Of a stretch of DNA of 64,000 nt, positions 1-11,920 are shown piece by piece. A program made the translations under genes and the position numbers. The notes beneath the pieces were generated by a model that saw nothing but the letters and a program-made list of their open reading frames with translations, did no database searches and was not told the origin of the DNA. The stretch is taken from assembly GCA_951406725.2 (NCBI GenBank), contig OX597832.1, forward strand, positions 44,950,001 through 45,014,000, given 5' to 3'. Position 1 is the first letter of the stretch. The number at the start of each line of letters is the position of its first letter. Origin of the DNA: Octopus vulgaris (Eukaryota).

Positions 1-410
1 GGCTGGCCAGCTTGATGGTTGGTTGGTTGGTTGGATGGATGGATAGCTGGCTGACTGGCTGGCTGGCTGGCTGCTTGGTTAGTTGGATGGTTGGCTGGAT
101 GCTTGGTTAGTTGGCTGGCTGGCCAGCTTGATGGTTGGTTGGTTGGTTGGTTGGTTGGCTGGTTGGTTAGTTGGCTGGCTGGCCAGCTTGATGGTTGGTT
201 GGCTGGTTGGCTGGCTGGCTGGTTCTCTTGATGGCTGGTTGGTTGGTCAGCTTGTTGGTTGGCTGGCTTAGTTGGTTGGCTGGCTGGTTGGCTTGATGGT
301 TAGCTGATTGATTTTACTGGTTGGCTGAATGACAGACTGGATGGCTGGTTTGTTGGTCGGCTGGTTGGCTGACTGGCTGGCTGGCTAACAGGCTGGATCA
401 ATGGATGGAT
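1..410. repeat. Degenerate (GGCT/GGTT/GGAT)n tetranucleotide tract
   Basis: Visible 4-bp periodicity with a ~60-bp higher-order duplication. Confidence 0.9.
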
Positions 411-734
411 GGCTACTTCAGTCGTTGATGCTACAGCTGTTTTAACACCAGGATAGACAACGGCAACCAACGGAGATCAAGCAGACACGTGATTACAGAC
501 ATTCCAACTGTGTCCATCCCATTTTTTAAAATTTCAGACGTGATGTAACCTCTGGAGATTACATCATATAACATGCCTTTTATTTTAAAGGCAGTAGTAT
601 GAGATTTTGAGAGAGGTTTAGTTGCTATCTCTAGCAGGTCAAGAGACCACGTTCAAGCTCCTCTGTCAGCTTCAACTGGTTTAATTGTAACGGTGGTGGA
701 TGTAGTAGAGGTTGTTTATAAAGGTTCTACATAG

Positions 735-1138
735 AGATGGTGGTGGTGTTGGTGGTGGTGGTGGTGGTGGTAGTGCTGGTGCTGGTGATGCTGGTGGTGG
801 TGGTTGTTGCTGGTGGTGGTGGTAATGGTGGAGGTGGTGGTGGTTGTGGCGGTGGTGGTGGTGGTGGTGGTGGTGGTGGTAATGGTGGTAGTGGTGGTGG
901 TGTTGGTGGTATTGGTGGTGCTGGTGCTGGTGTTGCTGGTGGTGGTGGTGGTGGTGGTGATAGTGGTGCTGGTGGTGGTGGTGATGGTGGTAGTGGTGAT
1001 GGTGGTGGTGGTGGTGGTGGTGGTGGTGGTGGTGGTGGTGGTGGTGGTGTTGGTGGTAGTGGTGGAGGTGGTAGTGGTGGAGGTGGTGGTGGTGGTAATG
1101 GTGGTGGTGGTGGTGGTGGTAATGGTGATGGTGGTGAT
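735..1138. repeat. (GGT)n trinucleotide tract
   Basis: Direct; accounts for the poly-Gly/Val/His ORFs. Confidence 0.95.
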
Positions 1139-1282
1139 TTAGATGGTTTCTACTGCCATTTGTGTGGCACTCAGGCCTCCTTGTTTGGGTGCTTAATTGT
1201 AAGATCCTTCCTCTCTCTCCCAGCATCCACAACAGAACATATATCTGGGACCGTTTTCATGATCTCACAGATCATGAGGATT

Positions 1283-2850
1283 TATATATACAATGGGCTT
1301 CTTTCAGTTTCCGTCTATCAAATCCACTCACAAGGCTTTGGTCAGCCCGAGGCTATAGTAGAAGACACTTGACCAAGGTGCCACGCAGTGGGACTGAACC
1401 CGGAACCATGTGGTTGGTAAGCAAGCTACTTACCACTCAGCCACTCCTGCGCCTATATTATTATATATATGTACACACACACATATATACGACAAGCTTC
1501 TTTCAGTTTCCGTCTACCAAATCCACTCACAAGGCTTTGGTCGGCCCGAGACTATAGTAGAAGACACTTGCCCAAGGTGCCATGCAGTGGGACTGAACCC
1601 GGAACCATGTGGTTGGTAAGCAAGCTACTTACCACTCAGCCACTCCTGCGCCTATATTATTATATATATGTACACACACACATATATACGACAAGCTTCT
1701 TTCAGTTTCCGTCTACCAAATCCACTCACAAGGCTTTGGTCGGCCCGAGACTATAGTAGAAGACACTTGCCCAAGGTGCCATGCAGTGGGACTGAACCCG
1801 GAACCATGTGGTTGGTAAGCAAGCTACTTACCACTCAGCCACTCCTGCGCCTATATTATTATATATATGTACACACACACATATATACGACAAGCTTCTT
1901 TCAGTTTCCGTCTACCAAATCCACTCACAAGGCTTTGGTTGGCCCGAGGCTATAGTTGAAGACACTTGCCCAAGGTTCCACGCAGCGGGACTGAACCCGG
2001 AACCATGTGGTTGGTAAGCAAGCTACTTACCACTCAGCCACTCCTGCGCCTATATTATTATATATATGTACACACACACATATATACGACAAGCTTCTTT
2101 CAGTTTCCGTCTACCAAATCCACTCACAAGGCTTTGGTTGGCCCGAGACTATAGTAGAAGACACTTGCCCAAGGTGCCATGCAGCGGGACTGAACCCGGA
2201 ACCATGTGGTTGGTAAGCAAGCTACTTACCACTCAGCCACTCCTGCGCCTATATTATTATATATATGTACACACACACATATATACGACAAGCTTCTTTC
2301 AGTTTCCGTCTACCAAATCCACTCACAAGGCTTTGGTCGGCCCGAGACTATAGTAGAAGACACTTGCCCAAGGTGCCATGCAGTGGGACTGAACCCGGAA
2401 CCATGTGGTTGGTAAGCAAGCTACTTACCACTCAGCCACTCCTGCGCCTATATTATTATATATATGTACACACACACATATATACGACAAGCTTCTTTCA
2501 GTTTCCGTCTACCAAATCCACTCACAAGGCTTTGGTCGGCCCGAGGCTATAGTTGAAGGCACTTGCCCAAGGTTCCACGCAGCAGGACTGAACCCGGTGC
2601 CATGTGGTTGGTAAGCAAGCTACTTACCACTCAGCCACTCCTGCGCCTATATTATTATATATATGTACACACACACATATATACGACAAGCTTCTTTCAG
2701 TTTCCGTCTACCAAATCCACTCACAAGGCTTTGGTTGGCCCGAGGCTATAGTTGAAGGCACTTGCCCAAGGTTCCACGCAGCAGGACTGAACCCGGTGCC
2801 ATGTGGTTGGTAAGCAAGCTACTTACCACACAGCCACTCCTACGCCTATA
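1283..2850 (-). repeat. Tandem array of eight 199-bp units made from the tRNA-like head of SINE family A
   Basis: Near-identical ORFs recur at 1410, 1609, 1808, 2007, 2206, 2405 and 2604, an exact 199-bp period. The unit equals the 5' half of dispersed copies such as 8672-9085. Confidence 0.95.
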
Positions 2851-3369
2851 TGTGCAAGTGCTGTTAATGTTTCCGTGGTTGCTGAGCAGGATTTTTCAAA
2901 GCCATTTAAATTACTATTGCTTCATTTTTTTTTCTCTCATTTTTTTATTGTTTGATTGTTTTTTTTCTGTTAGTCTTCTTCTCTTTTGACTGTTTTCTCT
3001 TCATTTCAGTTTATGCTAATATTTAAATATTTTTTTTGTCTTTTTTGTATGTGTATCAGAGGGGTGTATTTATTATTTTTTTGCCGAAACACTTCTTCCT
3101 GCCTCTCCATTAGAAGCAGCCATACAGAAATATTAACAAACAAAATTCTGAAAAAAACAAAAAATAGAAATATACAAGTTGCAAACTTTACTTCACCCTC
3201 CTCCAAAAATAAACGGAGTGGACACAGAAATATTTCAAAGCCTTCCTTTGCTACAAGAATCCATTACAAAAAAATGTATTTTTTTTTACATGAAATAAAA
3301 ACACAGTAATGAAAAAGAAATATATTGAAAAAGCAAGGCAAACAAGTCCACTCAAGCCAAACAGAAGTT

Positions 3370-3555
3370 AACGGATTTGAAGTGAAAGAAACGTGGTATG
3401 AACACAGGCCGGAAGGTTGACATGGAAAATAGGAATCACAGGGTTTTATGGTTTTATGGGATTTCTCCATAGAGACTGATCATACTATTGGAACAAGAAG
3501 ACCAAATGTGATAACGGTGAACAAACAGTGTAAGGTCATTGACATTGCAATCCTG
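3370..3555 (+). mobile_element. Decayed R4/Dong-like non-LTR retrotransposon fragment (restriction-like endonuclease region)
   Basis: WYEHRPEG..ENRNHRVLWDFSIETDHTIGTRRPNVITVNKQCKVIDIAI resembles the W.H.P / LWD / RPD / IDIA.P pattern of RLE domains; frameshifted. Confidence 0.75.
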
Positions 3556-4339
3556 TATGACATTGCAATCCTGTATGACATTGCAATCATGTATGACATT
3601 GCTATTCTGTATGACATTGCTATTCTGCATGATATTGCAATCTTGTATGACATTGCAATCTTGTATGACATTGCTGTCCTGTGTGACATTGCAATCTTGT
3701 ATGACATTGCTATTTTGTATGACATTGCAATCCTGTATGACATTGCAATCTTGTATGACATTGCAATCTTGTATGACATTGCTATTCTGTATGACATTGC
3801 TATTCTGCATGATATTGCAATCCTGTATGACATTGCAATCTTGTATGACATTGCAATCTTGTATGACATTGCTATTCTGTATGACATTGCTATTCTGTAT
3901 GACATTGCAATCTTGTATGACATTGCAATCATGTATGACATTGCTATTCTGTATGACATTGCTATTCTGTATGACATTGCAATCTTGTATGACATTGCAA
4001 TCTTGTATGACATTGCTGTCCTGTGTGACATTGCAATCTTGTATGACATTGCTATTTTGTATGACATTGCTATTTTGTATGACATTGCAATCCTGTATGA
4101 CATTGCAATCTTGTATGACATTGCAATCTTGTATGACATTGCTATTCTGTATGACATTGCTATTCTGCATGATATTGCAATCCTGTATGACATTGCAATC
4201 TTGTATGACATTGCAATCTTGTATGACATTGCTATTCTGTATGACATTGCTATTCTGTATGACATTGCAATCTTGTATGACATTGCAATCTTGTATGACA
4301 TTGCAATCTTGTATGACATTGCAGTCTTGTATGACATTG
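3541..4339 (+). repeat. 18-bp minisatellite (GACATTGCAATCCTGTAT), ~44 copies
   Basis: Direct; produces the (DIAILY)n ORF. Confidence 0.97.
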
Positions 4340-4949
4340 TTCTTGACCACTTCCCCCACCCCCTCTCTCTCTATTTCACTCTGTCTGTCTGTCTGTCTCT
4401 CTCTATTTCACTGTCTGTCTGTCTCCCTCTCTCATGGCCTCACTCTGTCTCTCTCTCCCTCTTTCGATCACCACTCGCTTCGCCAAGACTTCCTCCACCA
4501 CTACCACCACCACCCTATATAAACTAGCACACTCACACGGACTCCCCCCACTCGCTTTCAATACCCTGCCGAAGAATACGGATCCAGGATGTCCAGATAA
4601 GTTTTTTTGTCTTTCCAACCTCGTTTCATCTACTCTTCTATTTCTGCACAGATCATAATCTACCCCCCCCCCTAGTTCTTTTCATTATTCTGTCTATTTC
4701 AGTACCATGTCATCATGTAAGTATAGTTTTCAATAGTCTCATCTTCCTTGTTGTTCCCTTAAGATAACCTTAGTTCATGCATTTCCTTAACTGCAACATA
4801 TTCATAGATTCATTCATCTATTAAAGTTTTATCACACAGTCACTTATTAGTCAAATTTTGTCTTAGATTGTCTGACTGAAAACTCTCAGATTTTTCAAGT
4901 CTATTTTACTATTTTCAACATTTGCTGTCTCGTTAAATATGCTATGCAG

Positions 4950-5265
4950 ACCCCGTGCCGGTGGCATGTAAAAAGCACCATCTGATCGTGGCCATTGCCA
5001 GCCTCGCCTGGTCCCCGTGCCAGTGGCACATAAAAAGCACCATCCGACCGTGGCCGTTTACCAGCCCCATCTGGCACCTGTGCAGGTGGCATGTAAAAAG
5101 CACCCACTACACTCGTGGAGTGGTTTGCGTTAGGAAGGGCATCCAGCCGTAGAAACATTGCCAGATCAGACTGGGCCTGGTGCAGCCTTCTGGCTTCCCA
5201 GACCCCAGTTGAACTGTCCAACCCATGCTAGCATGGAAAGCAGATGCTAAATGATGATGATGATG
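4950..5265 (+). mobile_element. RTE-LINE 3'-end repeat with (GAT)n tail (family B; representative copy, many others e.g. 25270-25657, 26339-26850, 27055-27454, 43855-44115, 45540-45945, 54115-54570, 62550-62845)
   Basis: Conserved ...GGAAGGGCATCCAGC...CCCATGCTAGCATGGAAAGCGGACGTTAAACGATGATGAT end. The same sequence follows RTE coding sequence at 28405. Confidence 0.8.
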
Positions 5266-6259
5266 GTCCCAAAGAATATTTTTTTCCCTTGTGTTCTTGA
5301 CCACTTCCCTTCTCTCTCTCTCTCTATTTCGCTCTGTCTCTCTCTCCCCCTCTTTCAATTACCACTCGCCTCACCAAGACTTCCACCACCATCAACACCA
5401 CCACATATAAACCAGCACATGCAGAAGATGCTCTCCTCTAAACTTCCTGTACCGGAAGTTTTAAATTAAAATGCTGGATTGCAATGGTTACATTAGCTTT
5501 CACTAAAATTAGAGCCAGTCTGGAAAAATTAAATAGTTATAATGACATCTCACATCAGCAAATAATATGTTTTCTGGTGTTATAAACAAGAGTCACAAAT
5601 CTTGAGAGATTCATTAGTTGAGAGAATGCCTTTGACTGATGAGAGACAATGATGTTGAAACACATGGAGTCCTAGAGACCCCCTATGCTAATGAATTGAG
5701 TATGCTATAAACAAACATTCATCTGAAATGAGAAATTGTTCTGCTATGATGAAACACAACAACAATTAACATATTCATGTTCCAAGCTGCTGGAACATAT
5801 GGAGAATAAATATGCAAATCATCACTGTGATTCTCACAGTTTCCTATGCATATAATTTATAATCAGTTGGCAGCTATTAGCAGGCATCAGTAAAAAATCT
5901 GTTTGTTGAAGTTATAAATATGAGCCATGAAGATTTACTGCGCATTTGAAGATTTATTATAATAATTTTAACTGCAACTTGTGGATGTAAATTACAGTGG
6001 TCAGATGCTGGAAGTGAGTAATAGATAAATGGCTTTGAAAAGAAATATTATTGGAAAATACTTTGCAATCCATGTCTAGAACATTGACCTCACGCTAGTG
6101 TTGAAAAATTGTCAAGTAAAGTGAAAAACCATTAAAGTCTGTCAATTGTTAGAAGGTGAGAAAAAAAGAGTTGCTATGACATTAAGTATGTACTGACTGT
6201 CAATAAAAATGGATGACCAGTGGTTGAAAAACATCAAGAGATGAATAAGGAGGAGAATA

Positions 6260-6780
6260 CCATAAATCCTCGAGTATAGTCCGCCCTTGAGTATAATACG
6301 CAGGGGACTTTTAGGGGGCTGTACCTCTGAAAAACCTAAACCTTGTGTATAATACGCACCCCTTCTCTAACTTGAGTCGTGCGCAATTAAGCCAGCAACA
6401 CCTATTCGAACAAACACTTCCGTGCATAATACAATAATGGTGATGTTCTTAACTGTTATATGGGAATGTAAATATGTTTGCAAATTGTTTTTGTTACATG
6501 TTATTCTGTGTTCTGAATACTTTTATTTTAATAAATGTTGCTTACTGTAAGTTAGGGATGATTCTTTTATGACTTCATTGCTTTCAAGCTTAGCTTAAGG
6601 TATTTTCGCGCCCGACATCACAAAATGCATCTGAATAAACATTGCCGGACAGCAAATAGAGACTCGGACATTGCTTAGAAAATATTTTTCATTTTTAGCC
6701 TCGTATATAGTATGCACTAGGGATTTTGACCTTTAAATTTTTTGGGTGGGGAAATGCAGATTATACACCAGGATTTATGG
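6260..6780. mobile_element. Tc1/mariner(pogo)-type MITE
   Basis: TA|CCATAAATCCTCGAGTATA ... TATACACCAGGATTTATGG|TA terminal inverted repeats with TA flanks. Confidence 0.8.
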
Positions 6781-7104
6781 TAGTAGAAAATGCAGAGAGA
6801 GGAAAAAAAGTACACCCATAGGGCAGGGGCTTTAGTGTATTTGTGTCTAGGATGTCAAAAAGTGTAATAGTGGCACCATTTCAGATGTGGGAGATATACT
6901 TCATTGCAGGCACCACTTGAGCCTCGTAGGTTGTTGGTAGTAATCGTTGGTTGAAATGGGGTTATTTCAGTCTGTGTCTGAAGAATTTCTTATAGAAGAT
7001 ATCTTACATGGTTCTACTACATATACAATTTTGTAACTCCTATTACCAAATAAATTATGTGTAATGGTGAATAAATAATGTCGAAAAATTTTTGAATATA
7101 TATA

Positions 7105-7350
7105 TCAGGTCATCCCATAAGTTCTGTCCAATTTTACCTTTTTCTAAATTTGAATGAAATTTAATAGTATCTTAGAATGTCTAATGGAATTAAAAATTAT
7201 TTTTATGCATTTGTGTACATTTAAGCAAATTAAATATTATTTTACAGAATAACAGAATTAAAATTTCTTTGATTAAAACTCTTTCTAACATGGAAGTATC
7301 CAAAGAGCATTTAAGGCACATAATGCCTTATGAATACAAAAAAAGGAAAC
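7105..7350 (+). mobile_element. 5' fragment of a mariner element
   Basis: TA + TIR-like TCAGGTCATCCCATAAG, then MEVSKEHLRHIMPYEYKK, resembling a mariner transposase N-terminus. Confidence 0.6.
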
Positions 7351-8671
7351 TTGTTTGTTTATCCATTTGTTGTTTGTCCTTTCTCATTCTGTTATGTTTC
7401 AGTCCCGTTTCCTCCGGCAGCTTCTTGCCAACCACCACCAGAAGGGAAGCAATATTATCGTTAAAGGTGAAAAATTGTTTTAACTCTCTGGCCTATAACT
7501 GACAAGGAGTTTGGTACCCTTCTGTGTCTGTTTTCCATTTGTCTGTGCCTTTACTATACAGTCTTCAACTTACACACACACACACACATAAAGAAAGAGA
7601 GACAGACACATATACACACACACACACATACTCTTTACTCTTTACTCTTTTACTTGTTTCAGTCATTTGACTGCAGCCATGCTGGAGCACCGCCTTTAAT
7701 TGAGCAACTCGACCCCGGGGGACTTATTCTTTTTTGTAAGCCCAGTACTTATTCTATCGGTCTCTTATGCCGAACCGCTAAGTAACGGGAACGTAAACAC
7801 ACCAGCATCGGTTGTCAAGCAATGCTAGGGGGACAAACACAGACACACAAACACACACACACATATATACATATATATACATATATACGACGGGCTTCTT
7901 TCAGTTTCCGTCTACCAAATCCACTCACAAGGCTTTGGTCGGCCCGAGGCTATAGTAGAAGACACTTGCCCAAGGTGCCACGCAGTGGGACTGAACCCGG
8001 AACCATGTGGTTGGTAAGCAAGCTATTTACCACACAGCCACTCCTGAACCAGCTACTTACCACACAGCCACATATTGATTTCTGTTTCTTCTTTCCCTGT
8101 TTTAGCCATATAGTCATACTTCAGTCGTAAGTGGAAGCTGGTGCTAAAGTCAAGGAGCATAATCTGGTCTGGTTTGAGTGTAGGCTGAGAGATCTTTGAG
8201 AGCATTATCTTCCTGTGTGGGTAAAGCAATTTTTCCTTTGTACAGTTTACATAGTTTATTTATATTTCTGTGTTTAATTCATCATGAAAGAGATGCTGCT
8301 CTATTCTCAAGAACTGATCGTATTTTGTATAATAAATTTACTGATTTATTGGGTTTATTGATATTTTTTCTTTGATTGTAGAATTTCCTGTTTTATGTTT
8401 TCTGTATCCTGAAGATTTTTGTGTGTTTATCGTTCAAAATCAATTTCTTCTTGAATTAAGCCAAACATTATTTTTTCTTTTACTATTTTACCATTCTGTT
8501 TTGTATGTGAAGGTACAAAGTGTAGTGGTTAGAGTGTTGGGCATCTAATCATAAGATAGTGAGATCACTTCCTGGGCCAGGTAGCATGCTGCAAATATGG
8601 GCCAGATCCCAAACTTGGATTTTTTGTAAGGGGCTGCATCAAAAAAAAAAGTAAAGAAATTTATCATAGAT

Positions 8672-8834
8672 AAGCGCAGGAGTGGCTGTGTGGTAAGTAG
8701 CTTGTTTACCAACCACATGGTTCCGGGTTCAATCCCGCTGCGTGGCACCTTGGGCAAGTGTCTTCTACTATAGCCTCGGGCCGACCAAAGTCTTGTGAGT
8801 GGATTTGGTAGACTGAAACTGAAAGAAGCCCGTC

Positions 8835-8871
<37 letters not shown>

Positions 8872-9085
8872 TGTGTGTGTTTGTGTGTCTGTGTTTGTCC
8901 CCCTAGCATTGCTTGACAACCGATGCTGGTGTGTTTATGTCCCCGTTACTTAGCGGTTCGGCAAAAGAAACCGATAGAATAAGTACTGGGCTTACAAAAA
9001 GAATAAGTCCCGGGGTCGAGTTGCTCGATTAAAGGCGGTGCTCCAGCATGGCCGCAGTCAAATGACTGAAACAAGTAAAAGAGTA
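8672..9085 (+). mobile_element. tRNA-derived SINE family A, full-length representative (others: 7630-8046 -, 27615-28040 +, 33213-33597 -, 35369-35770 +, 39470-39920 +, 43424-43815 -, 54840-55210 -, 58230-58675 -)
   Basis: Head with A-box-like TGGCTGTGTGG and B-box-like GGTTCAATCCC, internal (TA)/(TG) tract, AGTAAAAG tail; many dispersed near-identical copies. Confidence 0.88.
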
Positions 9086-9601
9086 ATATATTTTATAGGC
9101 TCAAATCTAGCTGTATGGTAAAAAGCTCGCTTTCTAACCACATGGTTTTGAGTTCAGTCCCACTGTATGGCACTTTGAGTAAGCGTCTTATACTATATCC
9201 TCATGCCTTGTGAGTGGATTTGGTAGACAGACACTGAAAGCCCATCATATATATACAGTTGTGTGTGTGTGTGTGTGTGTGTGTGTGTCTTTGTGTCTAT
9301 GTTTGTCCTCCACCACCACTTGGCGTGTTTATGCCCCCAAAACAAGGTGGTTCGGGAAAAGGGACCGACAGAATAAGAAACAGGCTTAAAAGGGAGAAAA
9401 ACCATAAGTACCGGGGTCGATTCATTTGACTAAAAATTCTTCAAGGTGCTGCCCGAGTATGGCCACAGTCTAATGACATAAACAAGTAAAAGGTCAAAGA
9501 TATTTATAGGGAGAAAGACCATTGGAGGTCTGCTGGAAGGATGCTTGAGGGCTGCATCAATTGCTGGGAGCCAGAGTTGAAATCTGCTGATCTGGAGTGG
9601 A

Positions 9602-9983
9602 AGCACTCCGTCGGTTACGATGACGAGGGTTCCGGTTGATCTGAATCAACGGAACAACCTGCTCGTGAAATTAACGTGTAAGTGGCTGAGCACTCCACAG
9701 ACATGTGTACCCTTAACGCAGTTCTCAGGGATATTCAGCGTGACACAGAGAGTGACAAGGCCGTCCCTTTGAAATACAGGTACAACAGAAACAGGAAGTA
9801 AGAGTGAGTGAAAGTTGTGGTGAAAGAGCACAGCAGGGATCACCACCATCCCCTGCCGGAGCCTCGTGGAGCTTTTAGGTGTTTTCGCTCAATAAACACT
9901 CACAACGCCCGGTCTGGGAATCGAAACCGCGATCCTATGACCGTGAATCCACTGCCCTAACCACTGGGCCATTGCGCCTCCAC
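9602..9983 (-). mobile_element. tRNA(Arg)-like-head SINE family D
   Basis: Reverse strand GTGGAGGCGCAATGGCCCAGTGGTTAGGGCAG...GGTTTCGATTCCC. Same head at 24006, 24323 and 57014(-). Confidence 0.8.
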
Positions 9984-10127
9984 TCTGCTGATCTATGAGC
10001 AAGGCAAGTCGTTTTACATTGGTCCAGTTTACTCACCTGAAAATGAACACCCACTAACTGCATTTGCGATCTTTACACTTTCCTATTGTCATCTCAATGT
10101 TTCATTAAGGTAAAAGGTATGAGGATT

Positions 10128-10715
10128 AAGGCGGCGAGCTGGCAGAAATGTTAGCATGCAGGGTAAAATGCCTAGCGGTATTTCGTCTGCCGCTATGTTC
10201 TCAGTTCAAATTCTGCCAAGGTCGACTTTCCCTTTCATCCTTTCGGGGTCGATAAATTAAGTACCAGTTACTGGAGTTGATATAATCGACTTAATCCGTC
10301 TGTCTGTCCTTGTTTGTCCTCTCTGTGTTTAACCCCTTGTGGGTAGTAAAGAAATAGGTATTTCGTCTGCTGCTACGTTCTGAGTTCAAATTCGGCCGAG
10401 GTCGACTTTGCCTTTCATCCTTACGGGGTCGATTAAATAAGTACCAGTTATGCACTGGGGTCGATGTAATTGACTTAATCCGTTTGTCTGGCCTTTTTTG
10501 TCCTCTCTGTGTTTAGCCCCTTGTGGGTAGTACAGAAATAGGTATTTCGTCTGCTTCTACGTTCTGAGTTCAAATTCCCCTGAGGTTGACTTTGCCTTTC
10601 ATCCTTTCGGGGTCGATTAAATAAGTACCAGTTATGCACTGGGGTCGATATAATCAACTTAATCCGTTTGTCCTCTCTGTGTTTAGCCCCTTGTGGGTAG
10701 TAAAGAAATAGGTAT
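10128..10715 (+). mobile_element. SINE family C trimer
   Basis: Head GGCGGCGAGCTGGCAGAAA and B-box-like GAGTTCAAATTC; three ~185-200-bp units. Confidence 0.85.
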
Positions 10716-11564
10716 GAGGTTTGGGAGTGGGTCCATGTTTGCTAGAAACTGCAAAGGCAACTAAAATCCCTAGTAGAAGCATGATACATGTAACTAAGTC
10801 ATACTTGCCGGCAAATTGTGACTAGGCTTTATTTTGTTTTTTTCTGTAAATGGCAATGAAATTTTCTTTCAGACATGTTGCGTTGAATACATTCTGTATT
10901 CTGGTTTTAACTTTTCGCAAACCCATAAATATTATCTATCTTCAAACAAGGCCATAAATATTCACAGAGCAAATATTCAATATATAAATAGCTGTTTCTA
11001 AGACCTTAGAAGATTGCTACAGAATTAGCTAAGTCATTAATGAGACAAAAATAGATATAATGGTAATATATTTGAAGGTTCTAGACACTTATGCTATCAG
11101 ATACAGTATATTATCCGAAAATCCATAAAAATTTGAAGGCAAGTTCTATCGTACGATCTTACTAAATGAACGTCCAATAGAAAATCATTTTAAAGAATTA
11201 ATGACGAAAATATTGAATTGTTTAAGATGCCTCTGTTAGCTTGAATAGTTTATGTTATACAAAATACAAATTCTTTTAGAAAATTTAGAAGAATGTTTCA
11301 TATTGTGATGATAATTTAACAAATATCAACAATTTTATCATATTTCGAGTTCTTACGGATTTGAGATGATATGAACTATACCAGCAAGTGTCTTCCTCTA
11401 TAGCCCCAGGTCAACTAAACCCCTGTGAAGGAATTTGGTAGACAGAAATTGGGTGGAAGCCAATTTAAGGTGGCAAGCTGGCAGAAACGTTAGCATGCCG
11501 AGCGAAATGCTTAGTGATATTTCATCTGCTGTTATGTTCTGAGTCAAGACTATTTAAGCATTTT

Positions 11565-11920
11565 ATCTAATCAAATTCATCCTATGGTTGTGGAACTGTT
11601 TCTGGGGGGAAACACAGTCTTTCAGGATGATAATGTACCAATTCACACAGCTAAAGTTGTTACTGAATGGCACGAGGAACATTCTAGTGAAGTCGAACAT
11701 CTTATCTAGCCACCATAGTCCCCAGATCTCAATATTATTGAACATTTATGGTGCATTTTAGAAAAACAAGTAAGGAGTCGATGTCCTCTACCATCATCAA
11801 TCTCTACAAGAACTGGAGACTGTTTTAGCTGAAGAATGGACAAAAATTCCTTTGGAAACAATTCAAACTCATGGAATTCAAGCTGTAATTACTGCCAAAG
11901 GCGGTCCTACTCCATATTAA
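11565..11920 (+). mobile_element. Tc1-like transposase C-terminal remnant
   Basis: FQDDNVPIHTAK...SPDLNIIEHLW...IQAVITAKGGPTPY, with stops and frameshifts. Confidence 0.85.

Noticed and set aside
681-1372. Long His/Gly/Val-rich ORFs
   Set aside because: Translations of a (GGT)n microsatellite; no splice or homology support.
1283-4339. CRISPR-like appearance of regular repeats
   Set aside because: Units are contiguous with no unique spacers; eukaryotic context; no cas genes.
5628-5680. Hammerhead-like CTGATGA...GAAAC...GTC
   Set aside because: Stem I does not pair and stem III has only 2 bp; at best a highly decayed copy.
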